Assembly (NCBI GenBank): GCA_046050625.1
Contig: JBJOPV010000001.1
Location: 1-58,363 of the forward strand
Direction of reading: 5' to 3'
DNA: 58,363 nt
Source of the DNA: Pseudomonadota bacterium
GTDB taxonomy: Bacteria; Pseudomonadota; Gammaproteobacteria; Burkholderiales; Burkholderiaceae_C
Shown here: piece after piece, positions 15,490-25,500 of the stretch
How positions within the stretch are numbered: position 1 is the first letter of the stretch
How the letters are laid out: each line of letters starts with the position of its first letter
The notes under the pieces: generated by a model
The model's input: the letters and a program-made list of their open reading frames with translations, nothing else
What the model was told of the DNA's origin: nothing
The model's database searches: none
Translations under genes and position numbers: made by a program

Positions 15490-17547
15490 ATGATGATGAC
15501 CCGCTCCGCCTCGAACACGCTGGCCACCCTGACCTTGTCGGCGCTGTCGGCGCTGTTCCTGCCCGGTCTGGCCCCGCCGGCCCTGGCTGGCACGGAGCGC
15601 ATGCCGCTTCGCGCCGCCACCGTCCCCGACGAGAGCGCCGAGACCGCGCGGGTGATCGTGCGCCTGCGCACCAGCGGCCGGCTGGCCTCGACGCTGTCGG
15701 CCGGCAGCAGCCGCGCCACCGTGGCGGAGCTGCGCCAGGCCCAGGCGCTGGGCAGCCGCCTCGGCCTGGCGCTGCAGGACGGCCACAGCCTCGCTCCCGA
15801 CATGCAGGTCATGACCGCCAGCGGCATGAGCAGCGCGACGCTGGCGCGCCGGCTCGCGACCGACAGCGAGGTGCTGTCGGTGCATGTCGACCAGCGCCGC
15901 CGCCCCCATGCCGCGGTCAGCGATCCGCTGTACGCCGGCGGCGGCGGCTTCAGCCCGGCCAGCGGCCAGTGGTATCTGCGCAGCGCCTCGAGCACGCTGG
16001 TCTCGGCGATCAATGCCGAGACGGCCTGGTCGCTGACCACCGGCAGCGCCGGTGTCGTCGTCGCGGTGCTCGACACCGGCGTGCGCTGGAACCATCCGGA
16101 TCTCGACGGCAAGCTGGTGGGCGGCTACGACTTCATCTCCGAGTCGGTGATCGCCAACGACGGCGACGGCCGCGACAGCAATCCGGCCGACCCAGGCGAC
16201 TGGATCAGCAGCAGCGAGAACAGCAGCCACGCCACGCTCAAGGGCTGCGGCGTCTCCGACAGCAGCTGGCACGGCACCCAGATGGCCGGACTGGTCGGCG
16301 CGTCGACCAACAATGCCAGCGGCATGGCCGGCTTGGGCCGCCATGTGCGGGTGCTGCCGGTGCGGGTGCTGGGCAAGTGCGGCGGCTACGACTCGGACAT
16401 CATCGCCGGCATGCGCTGGGCCGCCGGCCTGACGGTGCCGGGCGTGCCCGCCAACCCGAACCCGGCGCGGGTCATCAACATGAGCCTGGGCTACAAGGAT
16501 GACAGCGCCAGCGGCTGCACGGCGTCCGACCCCTATTCGGTCGCGGTGGCGGAGGTCAATGCGGCCGGCGCGGTGGTCGTGGCCTCGGCCGGCAACGACA
16601 GCCGCCAGGTCAACAAGCCGGCCAACTGCCCCGGCGTCATCGCGGTGGCCGGCCTGCGCCACGCCGGCACCAAGAACGGCTTCTCCAGCCTCGGCCCGCA
16701 AGCGACCCTTGCCGCGCCGGCCGGCAACTGCGTCAACCTCAGCGGCGAGTGCCTCTATCCGATCCTGAGCACCAGCAACACCGGCACCACCACGCCGTCC
16801 TGCCCCACCCACACCACCGGCGGCAGCGATGCGGCGGTCGGCACCAGCTTCTCGGCACCGCTGGTGTCGGGCACCGCCGCGCTGATGCTGGCAGCCAACC
16901 CGGCGCTCACGCCGGCGCAGGTCATGGCACTGCTGAAATCGAGCGCCCGCAGCTTTCCGACCAGTGGCGCGGGTGTCGGCGTGTCGACCTGCGTGGCCGG
17001 CATCAGCGTCGACCAGGACGAGTGCTACTGCACCACCGGCACCTGCGGCGCCGGCATGCTGGACGCGGGCGCCGCCGTGCGCGCCGCCGCCGGCACGCTG
17101 CCGGTCGCGCGCATCGGCGAGACGACGACCCGCATCGATCTCGGCAGCGCGACGCTGCTCGACGGCAGCGGCTCGAGCGTGGTGGCCGGCCGCAGCCTCA
17201 CCGGCTACGGCTGGGCGCTGGGCGACAGCACGCTGGCGCGCTTCAATGGCACGGCCAGCGGCTCGACCGCTTCGGTCTCGGCGCTGGGCAGCGGCCTGGT
17301 GGCGGTCACGCTGACCGTCGGCGACAGCGCAGGCGCCAGCGCCAGCAGCTCGGCCGTGTTGCGCACCGGTCCGGCCCCGAGCGCCACCTGCGGCACCGAC
17401 AGCAGCGATGGCACCGGCACGCCTGCGACGACCTCGACCACCACGGAGGACAGCGGCGGCGCCCTGGGGGCGGGCTGGCTGGCAGGCCTGGCGCTGATCA
17501 CTGCGCTGCTGGCCGCGGTGCGCCGCCGCACTGCGGCCGCGATCTGA
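15490..17547 (+). CDS. S8 subtilisin-like serine protease with PKD-like domain and GlyGly-CTERM sorting signal
   Basis: Signal peptide, prodomain, catalytic triad VAVLDTG / SWHGTQMAG / GTSFSAP, oxyanion SAGND, Cys-rich CYCTTGTCGAG, and C-terminus SGGALGAGWLAGLALITALLAAVRRR. Confidence 0.92.
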   Translation: MMMTRSASNTLATLTLSALSALFLPGLAPPALAGTERMPLRAATVPDESAETARVIVRLRTSGRLASTLSAGSSRATVAELRQAQALGSRLGLALQDGHSLAPDMQVMTASGMSSATLARRLATDSEVLSVHVDQRRRPHAAVSDPLYAGGGGFSPASGQWYLRSASSTLVSAINAETAWSLTTGSAGVVVAVLDTGVRWNHPDLDGKLVGGYDFISESVIANDGDGRDSNPADPGDWISSSENSSHATLKGCGVSDSSWHGTQMAGLVGASTNNASGMAGLGRHVRVLPVRVLGKCGGYDSDIIAGMRWAAGLTVPGVPANPNPARVINMSLGYKDDSASGCTASDPYSVAVAEVNAAGAVVVASAGNDSRQVNKPANCPGVIAVAGLRHAGTKNGFSSLGPQATLAAPAGNCVNLSGECLYPILSTSNTGTTTPSCPTHTTGGSDAAVGTSFSAPLVSGTAALMLAANPALTPAQVMALLKSSARSFPTSGAGVGVSTCVAGISVDQDECYCTTGTCGAGMLDAGAAVRAAAGTLPVARIGETTTRIDLGSATLLDGSGSSVVAGRSLTGYGWALGDSTLARFNGTASGSTASVSALGSGLVAVTLTVGDSAGASASSSAVLRTGPAPSATCGTDSSDGTGTPATTSTTTEDSGGALGAGWLAGLALITALLAAVRRRTAAAI

Positions 17548-17554
17548 TCCGGAC

Positions 17555-18298
17555 TCAGGCGCTCAGCCGAGCGGCGAGTGTCTGCACATGGCCCATCGAG
17601 ACGCGATGGGCATGAACCACAGCCATCAGGCCGCTGCGATGCAGCTCCAGCACCGCCTCGTCGGGCAGCGTCGCCAGGCGCTGCTCGTCGATCAGGAAGA
17701 AGCCGGTGGCGTTGAGCTGGCGCCCGCTGCCGAGCTCGCCGCGGATTTCGCCGCCGCGCAGCAGGTCCAGCGCGACCAGACGGTCGCACAGCGCGCGGGT
17801 GCGCAGCGTGTCGCGCTCGTAGCGCTCCAGGACGGCCAGCGTCTGCTTCAGGAACTCGGTCGGCTGGCCGTCGTCGGCGATCAGGCGCTCGCCCTCCACC
17901 GTGTTGAAGCCGGGCCAGGATGCATCCACCGCCAGCGTCGGCGCACCGTCGTCGGCCGTGGCGTAGGCAAACGGGTAGCGGCGCAGGAAGGCGGGAATCG
18001 TCGTGCCGATCCAGCGGCCGTCGGCGTCGATGCAGAGGTTCTCGCCCTCGCTCAGGCCCAGCAGGGCCACCGGCGCGACGCGGGTGCGCCCCTCGCCGTC
18101 GCGCCCCGCCGGCACGAAGGCCAGCGGCAGCTCGCGCGCGAGGGTCTCGAATTCGGCGAAAGTGACCGGTACCGCGTTCAGGCCGGCGGCGATGCGCCAG
18201 TCGGTGACCGGAACGACCCGTCGATCGGCATGCTGCTCGCGGGTCAGCAGCACCGGATGGCGGTAGAGCACGCCGGATCGGGCAGCGGACGATGTCAT
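17555..18298 (-). CDS. SapC family protein
   Basis: LYRHPVLLTREQH, AVPVTFAEF..LARELPLAF, ALLGLSEGENL, IPAFLRRYPF, LHRSGLMAVVHAHRVSM. ATGA overlap with the upstream gene. Confidence 0.85.
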   Translation of the reverse strand: MTSSAARSGVLYRHPVLLTREQHADRRVVPVTDWRIAAGLNAVPVTFAEFETLARELPLAFVPAGRDGEGRTRVAPVALLGLSEGENLCIDADGRWIGTTIPAFLRRYPFAYATADDGAPTLAVDASWPGFNTVEGERLIADDGQPTEFLKQTLAVLERYERDTLRTRALCDRLVALDLLRGGEIRGELGSGRQLNATGFFLIDEQRLATLPDEAVLELHRSGLMAVVHAHRVSMGHVQTLAARLSA

Positions 18299-19602
18299 GT
18301 CGTGGGCTCCTCGGTGGGTTCCTCGATGCGGCTGGCCAGCACCTTGTCGACGCGCTTGCCGTCGAGGTCGACCACCTCGAAGCGCCAGCCTTCCCATTCG
18401 ACCGCGTCAGCGGTCTGCGGCAGCCGGCCCAGCAGCAGCATCACCATGCCGGCCAGCGTGTTGTAGCGGCCCCGGTCCTCGTCGGGCAGCAGCTTCAGGC
18501 CCAGCCGGTCCTTCAGCTCAGGCACCGGGATCAGGCCATCGACCAGCCAGGAGCCGTCGGCGCGCTGAACCGCCCAGGCATCTTCGGCCAGATGCGGGGT
18601 GAATTCGCCGGTGATGGCCTCGAGCACATCGCGCAGCGTGATCACACCCTGCACGACACCGTACTCGTCGACGACAAAGACCATCTGCACCGGCGAGCCC
18701 CGGAAATGCTCGAGCAGCTCCATGCCCGAGAGCGTCTCGGGCACGAACACCGCCGGCTGCATCGACTCGAGCAGCACGAACTCGCGGCTGCCGGCGAGCT
18801 GCATCAGCAGCTGGTGCGCGGTCACCACGCCCAGCACCTCGTCGAGGCTGCCGCGGCAGACCGGATAGCGCGAGTGGCCGTGCTCGGTCAGCACCGACAG
18901 GATTTCCTCGCGCGCAGCAGCCACGTCCAGCCAGGCGATGTCGCCGCGCGGAATCATCATCGAGCCGATCTGGCGGTCGTCGAGCCGGAAGACGTTGCGC
19001 ACCATCAGGTGCTCGTGGGCCTCGATGACGCCGGCGTCCAGGCCTTCTTCCAGGCTGGCGGCGATCTCCTCCTCGGTCACGCCGCGGCTGCCCGTGTCGC
19101 GCACGCCCAGCAGCTTCAGGATGGCCTGGGTCGTGCCCGACAGCAGCTTGACGAAGGGGCCGGCGGCCACCGACAGCCAGGCCATCGGCTGCGCGACCAG
19201 GCGCGCCACCGTCTCCGGGTACATCTGGCCGACACGCTTCGGGACCAGCTCGCCGAAGATGATGGTCACGAAGGTGATGATCACGACCACGAAGGCCGTG
19301 CCGATCACCGAGGCGATGTTCTCGCGCACCGGAAAGGTCTCGATGATCCAGGCCGAGAGCAGCCCCGAGAAGGCCGCCTCGCCGACGATGCCGTTGAGCA
19401 CGCCGATCGAGGTGATGCCGATCTGCACCGTCGAGAGGAACAGGGTCGGGCTGTCATGCAGCGCCAGCGCGGCGCGAGCGCCGGCATCGCCGGTCTCGGC
19501 CATCACCTGCAGCCGCGCCTTGCGGCTGGCGGCCAGGGACATCTCGGACATGGCGAACACGCCATTGAGCAGGATCAGCGAGAAAAGAAGAGCTAGGTCC
19601 AT
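18295..19602 (-). CDS. Hemolysin-family CNNM(DUF21)-CBS-CorC membrane protein
   Basis: LNGVFAMSEMSL, FLSTVQIGITSIG, FGELVPKR, GHSRYPV, VVDEYG, YNTLAG, VVDLDGKRVDKV. Confidence 0.93.
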   Translation of the reverse strand: MDLALLFSLILLNGVFAMSEMSLAASRKARLQVMAETGDAGARAALALHDSPTLFLSTVQIGITSIGVLNGIVGEAAFSGLLSAWIIETFPVRENIASVIGTAFVVVIITFVTIIFGELVPKRVGQMYPETVARLVAQPMAWLSVAAGPFVKLLSGTTQAILKLLGVRDTGSRGVTEEEIAASLEEGLDAGVIEAHEHLMVRNVFRLDDRQIGSMMIPRGDIAWLDVAAAREEILSVLTEHGHSRYPVCRGSLDEVLGVVTAHQLLMQLAGSREFVLLESMQPAVFVPETLSGMELLEHFRGSPVQMVFVVDEYGVVQGVITLRDVLEAITGEFTPHLAEDAWAVQRADGSWLVDGLIPVPELKDRLGLKLLPDEDRGRYNTLAGMVMLLLGRLPQTADAVEWEGWRFEVVDLDGKRVDKVLASRIEEPTEEPTT

Positions 19603-19667
19603 GACAGGCACGGCCAGGCACGCCGCGCCGGAAGTTGAGGCCCGGCGAGCGTAGCAGAATCCGGGCC

Positions 19668-20489
19668 ATGATTTACCTGATCGGCGACCTGCAAGGCTGC
19701 TGCGACGCTTTCGAGCGACTGCTGGCCACCCTGGACTTCTCCCCCTCGCGCGACCGCGTCTATCTGCTGGGCGACCTCGTGAACCGGGGACCGTGCTCGC
19801 TGAAGGTGCTCGAGCGCCTGGCCGGCCTCGGCGACGCGGCCACCTGCCTGCTGGGCAACCACGACCTGCATCTGCTGGCGGTGGCGCACGGGGTGCGCGC
19901 GCCACACCGCGCCGACACGCTCGGTGAAATCCTCGCCAGCCCGCGTCGCGAGGCCTGGCTGGACTGGCTGCGCCAGCAGCGCCTGGCCGTGCAGGCGCAC
20001 GGCTGGCTGATGGTGCACGCCGGCGTCGTGCCGCAGTGGGACACGGCGCGCACGCTCGCGCTGGCCGCCGAGGCCGAGATGATGCTGCGCGGCCCCGACC
20101 TGCCCGACTTCCTGCAAGTGATGTACGGCAACACGCCAGCGCGCTGGAACGAGACCCTGACTGGTCACGATCGGCTGCGGCTGATCATCAACGTGCTGAC
20201 CCGCATCCGCTTCTGCGAGACCGACGGCACGATGGACTTCCAGCTCAAGGAAAGTGCCGATGCCGCGCCCGCTCACCTGCGCCCCTGGTTCGACATCCCC
20301 GGTCGACGCACCGAGGGCACGCCGGTCGCGTTCGGCCACTGGTCGACGCTGGGCACGCTCGACCGGCCCGACCTGCTGGCGCTCGACACCGGCTGCGTCT
20401 GGGGTGGCCGACTCACCGCTGCGCGCATCGATGGCGGCCGGCGTGAACTTGTGAGCATCGACTGCGCGCAGGCCCTCGCGCCGTTCTGA
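19668..20489 (+). CDS. apaH: Symmetrical bis(5'-nucleosyl)-tetraphosphatase
   Basis: GDLQGC, GDLVNRGP, LGNHDLHLL, VHAG, LTRIRFC, FGHWSTLG, LDTGCVWGG. Confidence 0.95.
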   Translation: MIYLIGDLQGCCDAFERLLATLDFSPSRDRVYLLGDLVNRGPCSLKVLERLAGLGDAATCLLGNHDLHLLAVAHGVRAPHRADTLGEILASPRREAWLDWLRQQRLAVQAHGWLMVHAGVVPQWDTARTLALAAEAEMMLRGPDLPDFLQVMYGNTPARWNETLTGHDRLRLIINVLTRIRFCETDGTMDFQLKESADAAPAHLRPWFDIPGRRTEGTPVAFGHWSTLGTLDRPDLLALDTGCVWGGRLTAARIDGGRRELVSIDCAQALAPF

Positions 20490-20508
20490 CTACAATGGCG
20501 GCCCTGCT

Positions 20509-20598
20509 GGAGGTGTGGCCGAGCGGTTTAAGGCACCGGTCTTGAAAACCGGCGAAGGGGGAACCCTTCCGTGAGTTCGAATCTCACCGCCTCCGCCA
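20509..20598 (+). tRNA. tRNA-Ser(TGA)
   Basis: 90-nt class II tRNA GGAGGTGTGGCCGAGCGG..CCGGT-CTTGAAA-ACCGG, long variable arm, GTTCGAATC, ..CCTCCGCCA. TACAAT -10-like box at 20491-20496. Confidence 0.96.
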
Positions 20599-20624
20599 GC
20601 AGGCCCCCCCCGACTGCGATCTGC

Positions 20625-22004
20625 TCAGCGCGGCCCGGGCTCCGCCCGGAACGGCGCCAGCCAGGCGCGCAGACCCGCCCCGGCGGCCTGCATCTGCAGC
20701 AGCGCCATCAGATGTTCATGTTCAGCCTGGGCCCGTGCGAGCTGCAGTTGCGCATGATCGTTCTCGGCCGAGATCAGATCGAACAGCGAGCGCCGGCCCA
20801 GACGTGCCCACTGCTCCCGGGTGGCGCGCCGCAGCCGGTCGCTCTCCTCGAGCAGCTGCACGATCTGCTGCTGACGGGACTGCGCCGCCTGCGCGGCGTC
20901 GTGCAGCACCTGGATCTGACGGCTGCGATCTTCAAAGCGTGCCTCGCGCTGCATGCGCGCCGCGGTGACCCGCTCGATCGCAGCCTGCACGCTGGCAGCG
21001 GCAGCGCCGGCATCGGCCAGCACCAGGCCCAGCGTCAGTCCCGCATTCCAGGCGGTGATCGAACTGCCATCGCGCCGACTGGCCGAGGAGCCGATCTGCC
21101 AGCTCAGCTGTGGCGCGTTCGCCGCACGGGCCGCCTCGACCTGGCGGTCGAGCGCCTCGGCCTGGCGCTGCAGCTGGCGCAGCTCGGCCGCCTCCGGCAG
21201 GGCGTCGATCAGGCCGGCCAGCGACGGCAGCGTCTCGAGGCCCTCGAGCGAACCCGGTGGCAGCTCGACCGACGCCGCGCCCCCCTCCCCGACCAGGCTG
21301 CGCAGCCTCAGCTCCGACTGGCGCAGCTGTGTCTGCACCTCCGTGCGCGACAGCTCGGCCTGGCGCAGGCTCTTGGCGGCCTGCACCTGCTCGCTGCCAC
21401 GCCCGCGGTCGAGCGCGACGATCTCGCTGACCTGCCGCGCCAGACAGGCCATGCGTGCCACCTGTCGGTCCCAGACCCGCAGCTGGAGCGTCTGGCGCCG
21501 ACGCTCCAGCGCCGCGGCGATCGCCTCGAGCGCGATCTGCTCGCGCATGGCCTCGGCACCCAGCTCGCCGGCCTCGGCCAGTCCACGGTAATAGGCGGAT
21601 TCAGCCTGGCGCCGGCCGCCGTCGAGCAGCGGCGCCGACAAGGTCAGGCCCAGCCCCTGCTGCAGGCTCGAGCCAGACTGGCCGCCACCGCGTGCACCGC
21701 CCCAGACACCCGAGCCGGACAGGCCGAGCTGAGGACGACCGCCCGCCTCGACCTGCAGCCGGTCCTGACGCCAGGCGCGACTGCCGGCGATCTGGCCCGC
21801 CACCTCGGGGCTGCGGCGCACCGCCTCGTCGGCCAGCGCGGCCAGCACCGCGCGGGCATCGCGCAGCACCGCCGGCCGCGCGGCGGGCGCCGCGGTCTCG
21901 CTGTCCTCGTCACAGACCGATGACGGGGCAGACTGGGCCCGCACGCCCGGCGCCAACGCCATCAGGCCGGCCAGCAACGCCAGACACAGAACCGGCCGCT
22001 GCAT
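20625..22004 (-). CDS. TolC-family outer membrane protein of a type I secretion system
   Basis: Signal peptide, two OEP-like helical repeats, LSAPLLDGG, EQWARLGRRSLFDLISAEND. In an operon with the HlyD and ABC genes. Confidence 0.85.
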   Translation of the reverse strand: MQRPVLCLALLAGLMALAPGVRAQSAPSSVCDEDSETAAPAARPAVLRDARAVLAALADEAVRRSPEVAGQIAGSRAWRQDRLQVEAGGRPQLGLSGSGVWGGARGGGQSGSSLQQGLGLTLSAPLLDGGRRQAESAYYRGLAEAGELGAEAMREQIALEAIAAALERRRQTLQLRVWDRQVARMACLARQVSEIVALDRGRGSEQVQAAKSLRQAELSRTEVQTQLRQSELRLRSLVGEGGAASVELPPGSLEGLETLPSLAGLIDALPEAAELRQLQRQAEALDRQVEAARAANAPQLSWQIGSSASRRDGSSITAWNAGLTLGLVLADAGAAAASVQAAIERVTAARMQREARFEDRSRQIQVLHDAAQAAQSRQQQIVQLLEESDRLRRATREQWARLGRRSLFDLISAENDHAQLQLARAQAEHEHLMALLQMQAAGAGLRAWLAPFRAEPGPR

Positions 22005-23266
22005 CAGCGCTCCCGGAAGGCCTCGCGGCCCTTGAGCATCGGAGAGATCAGGAACTCGAGCACGCTGCGCTCGCCGGTGCGGATCTCGATCGAGGCGGTC
22101 ATGCCCGGCAGCACCGGCAGCGGCTGCCCGTCCGGCCCCTGAAGCGTCGAGACGCGAGTCGCCACCCGGACCCGGTAGTGGGTCTGCGGCTGCCCGTTCG
22201 GGCCATTGCCGGCCTCGAGGGTGTCGGGGCTGATGTACTCGACCTCACCCGTCAGGCCGCCGTAGCGGTAGTAGTCGTAGCTGTCGAGCTTGATGGTGGC
22301 CGGCATGCCCACCCGCACGAAGCCGACCTCCGCCGGCGCCAGCCGTGCCTCGATGCGCACCGTCTCGCCGACCGGCACCAGCTCGAGGATCGGCGCGCCC
22401 GCGCCGACGACACCGCCGCGCGTGGTGATGCGCAGGTTCTTGACGATGCCGCGCACCGGGGCCTTCAGCGTGGTGCGCTGCAGCACGTCCAGCCGCGCCA
22501 CCTGTTGCTCGCCGATCTGCGCCAGCTCGCCGCGCACCCGCAGCAGGTCGGTGGCCGCGTCCTGGCGGAAGCGGTTGATCCGCTCGGCCATCTGCATCTG
22601 CAGGTCGTTGCGCTGGCGCTCGAGCCGCAGCACCTCGACCTCGGACATCAGGCCGCGCGCGGCCATCTGGCGCGCGGTGGCCAGCTCGGCATCGAGCATC
22701 GTCATGCTGGACCGGCTGACCGCGATCGCCTCGTCGAGGGCGCGCCGCCGCGCCTGGAAGGCCTCGGTCTCGGCCGCGACCAGCCCGGCCTGGGCCCGTA
22801 CCTCCGCCGGGAAGGCCGGACTGCGCCCGCCCGCCTCGGCCTCCAGGCGCGCAGCGGTGGCCAGCAGCGCAACCTGACGCGCACGGCCCTCGTTCTGCTG
22901 CGCGGCGAAGCGGGTCGGGTCCAGCCGCACCAGCTCGGCGCCGGCCTCGACCAGATCGCCCTCGCGCACCAGCAGCTCGGCCAGCAGGCCGCCCTCCAGG
23001 CTGGCGATGACCTGCTCGTGGCCACCGGGTGCGACCTTGCCGGGCGCCTTGGCGACGATGTCGACCCGCGCCTGCGCCGACCACACCCCGGTGACGGCCA
23101 CGATGACGCACAGCAGGTAGAGCGCCCACAGCGCGCGCGGCATCGGCTCGCCCAGCTCGGCCTGGCGGCTGCCGTGCAGGAAACGCTCGTCGCCGGGCAT
23201 CAGCACGCCGGCGGCCGGGGCGGGTGTCTGGCGCCGGCCGGAAGGGGTCAGGATCGGACTCGTCAT
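22004..23266 (-). CDS. HlyD-family membrane fusion protein
   Basis: TM segment, QVIASLEGG..LLVREGDLVEAG, LKAPVRGIVKN, YGGLTGEVEYISPD, PGMTASIEIRTGERSVLEFLISP. Confidence 0.95.
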   Translation of the reverse strand: MTSPILTPSGRRQTPAPAAGVLMPGDERFLHGSRQAELGEPMPRALWALYLLCVIVAVTGVWSAQARVDIVAKAPGKVAPGGHEQVIASLEGGLLAELLVREGDLVEAGAELVRLDPTRFAAQQNEGRARQVALLATAARLEAEAGGRSPAFPAEVRAQAGLVAAETEAFQARRRALDEAIAVSRSSMTMLDAELATARQMAARGLMSEVEVLRLERQRNDLQMQMAERINRFRQDAATDLLRVRGELAQIGEQQVARLDVLQRTTLKAPVRGIVKNLRITTRGGVVGAGAPILELVPVGETVRIEARLAPAEVGFVRVGMPATIKLDSYDYYRYGGLTGEVEYISPDTLEAGNGPNGQPQTHYRVRVATRVSTLQGPDGQPLPVLPGMTASIEIRTGERSVLEFLISPMLKGREAFRER

Positions 23267-23268
23267 GT

Positions 23269-25500
23269 TCAGCAGACCTCCTCGGCCCGGGGGGCCGTCG
23301 CCGTGGCCGCCGCACCCGACACGGGACGGGTGCCAGTCAGCGCTTGCAGAACCGCCTGGCGCGGGCCGTCGGCGATGAGCCGCCCGCCCTCGAGCACTGC
23401 GATGCGCTCGACCAGCTCCAGCATCGCCGGCCGGTGCGTGACCACCACCAGCGTGCAGCGCGGCAGGGCCTGGCGCAGCTGCGCGACGAACTGCGCCTCG
23501 GTCTGCGCGTCCATCGCGCTGGTGGGCTCGTCCATCAGCAGCACCTGAGGGCGCAGCAGCAGCGCCCGCGCCAGCGCGACCAGCTGGCGCTGGCCGCCCG
23601 AGAGCATCACGCCACCCTCGCCCACCGGCATGTCCAGACCCATCGGATGCGCGGCCACCACCCGGTCCAGCCCGGTCAGTCGCAGCACCTCGGCGAGCTG
23701 GTCAGCGCCGGCCTCGCGGCCCAGCAGCAGGTTCTCGCGCACCGTGCCACGGAACAGCCGGGGCTCCTGCTCGACCACGCCGATGTGCCGGCGGAAATCG
23801 GCCGGGTCGAGCTGGCGCAGGTCCAGCCCGTCGATCTCGACCGCACCGCTGGTGGGCTGGTAAAGCCCGGCGAGCAGCCGCAGCACCGTCGACTTGCCAC
23901 TGCCGATGCGCCCGAGCAGCGCGATGCGCTCGCCCGCCTGGAGGCGCAGCGTCACGCCCGAGAGGGCCTGCGGCGCCTGGCCCGGCGGGCCGTAGGCGAA
24001 GCCGACATCGCGCAGCGCCAGCCGCCCCTCCACCCGTGGGCAGGGCAGGAAGGCGCGCTGCGGATCGCGCTCGACCGGCAGCGCCATCAGGCGGTCGAGC
24101 ATGCGCAGCGCCGCGCGCGCGCCCTGGTAGCGCGAGGCCAGCGCCACCACGCTGCCCAGCGGCGCGATCGCCCGGCCGGCGAACATCACCGCCGAGATCA
24201 GCGCCCCGCCGGTGAGCTGGCCGGCGCCGATCAGGTGCACGCCCCAGACCAGCATCACGATGGTGATCAGCTGCTGCGCCACCATCGACACATTGTTGAC
24301 CCAGCTCGACAGCGCCCGCGCCCGCAGCGCCGACTGCGAGGCCAACGCATGCGCCTGCTCGTACTGGCGCTGCACATGGGCCTGCGCGCCGGTGGCCCGG
24401 ATCGTCTCGATGCCGTCCATCGCCTCGACCAGCAGTCCCTGCATGTCGGCCATCTGGTGCTGCTGTGCCAGCATGCTGCGCCGCATCAGGCTCTGCACGC
24501 CCACCGTCATCAGCAGAATCAGCGGCACCGCGATCACCAGCACCAGTGCCAGCGGCCCGGCCAGCAGCCAGGTCGCGGCAATGAACAGCGCGATGAAGGG
24601 CAGATCGCTGACCACCGACATCGAGGCCGAGGCAGAGAACTCGCGCACCACCTCGAGCTGGGCCATGTGATGCGCGAAGGATCCGGCCGAATCGGGCCGG
24701 TGCTCCAGTCGCAGCCCGAGCGACTGGCGCATCAGCACGCTGCCCAGCGCCAGATCGGCGCGGCGACCCGCCTGGTCGATCAGGTGGCTGCGCAGCTGGC
24801 GCGCCACCAGATCGAAGCCGGTGGCCAGCAGTGCCCCGATGGCCAGGGACCACAGCGTGACGGTGGCCTGATGCGGAATGACCCGGTCGTAGACCACCAT
24901 CGCGAACAGCCCGCCCACGAGCATCAGCACGTTGCTGAGGAAGGCCGCCAGCATCGCGCCGCGGTAGTAGGGCAGATAGCGGCCCAGCGTGCGCCAGAAC
25001 CAGTGGCCGTCCAGCGACTCGGCCGGCGCGTCGGCCGCCGAGCGCGAGGACAAGCCGCGCGACCCGTGCGACTCGCCCGGGCCGGCCAGCAGCATGTCGC
25101 CGTCGTGCAGCGCGCACAGCGCCTCGTCGTCCAGACGCTGCGGGACCGGCGTCGTGCCGCTGGCGTCGAAGATCAGCAGCTCGTGGCTCAGGCGAGCATC
25201 GGCGCCGACATGGCGTGCCAGCAGCACCGCGGTGCGGCCGTCACGCAGTGGCAGCAGCACCGGCAGCAGCAGCGCCAGCACCTCGGCGGCATCGCGCCTC
25301 ACCCGCCCGGCCTGCAGGCCAGCGTGCTCGAGCACCTGGCAGGCGCCGGCGGGCGTGAGCGGCCGCTGCACGCCCAGGCCGTCGAGCAGCGAGCCGGCGC
25401 TGCGCTCGATGCCATGGTGGCGGCAGAGCCAGTGCACCGCGCCGAGCAGCGCGTCGGCGCTGCCGGCCGCGGCCTGCCCGGACGGTGCGGCGGCGTTCAT
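23269..25500 (-). CDS. Type I secretion ABC transporter (C39-like domain, permease, ATPase; LapB/LssB-like)
   Basis: VYDRVIP, GRIGSGKST Walker A, LSGGQRQ signature, MDEPTSAMD, VVTHR. N-terminal C39-like domain. Start ATG 25500 overlaps the upstream stop. Confidence 0.95.
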   Translation of the reverse strand: MNAAAPSGQAAAGSADALLGAVHWLCRHHGIERSAGSLLDGLGVQRPLTPAGACQVLEHAGLQAGRVRRDAAEVLALLLPVLLPLRDGRTAVLLARHVGADARLSHELLIFDASGTTPVPQRLDDEALCALHDGDMLLAGPGESHGSRGLSSRSAADAPAESLDGHWFWRTLGRYLPYYRGAMLAAFLSNVLMLVGGLFAMVVYDRVIPHQATVTLWSLAIGALLATGFDLVARQLRSHLIDQAGRRADLALGSVLMRQSLGLRLEHRPDSAGSFAHHMAQLEVVREFSASASMSVVSDLPFIALFIAATWLLAGPLALVLVIAVPLILLMTVGVQSLMRRSMLAQQHQMADMQGLLVEAMDGIETIRATGAQAHVQRQYEQAHALASQSALRARALSSWVNNVSMVAQQLITIVMLVWGVHLIGAGQLTGGALISAVMFAGRAIAPLGSVVALASRYQGARAALRMLDRLMALPVERDPQRAFLPCPRVEGRLALRDVGFAYGPPGQAPQALSGVTLRLQAGERIALLGRIGSGKSTVLRLLAGLYQPTSGAVEIDGLDLRQLDPADFRRHIGVVEQEPRLFRGTVRENLLLGREAGADQLAEVLRLTGLDRVVAAHPMGLDMPVGEGGVMLSGGQRQLVALARALLLRPQVLLMDEPTSAMDAQTEAQFVAQLRQALPRCTLVVVTHRPAMLELVERIAVLEGGRLIADGPRQAVLQALTGTRPVSGAAATATAPRAEEVC

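Noticed and set aside
18295-19602. Hemolysin as a toxin or T1SS cargo
   Set aside because: It is a CNNM/CBS/CorC integral membrane protein of the Mg/Co homeostasis family, not a secreted toxin.
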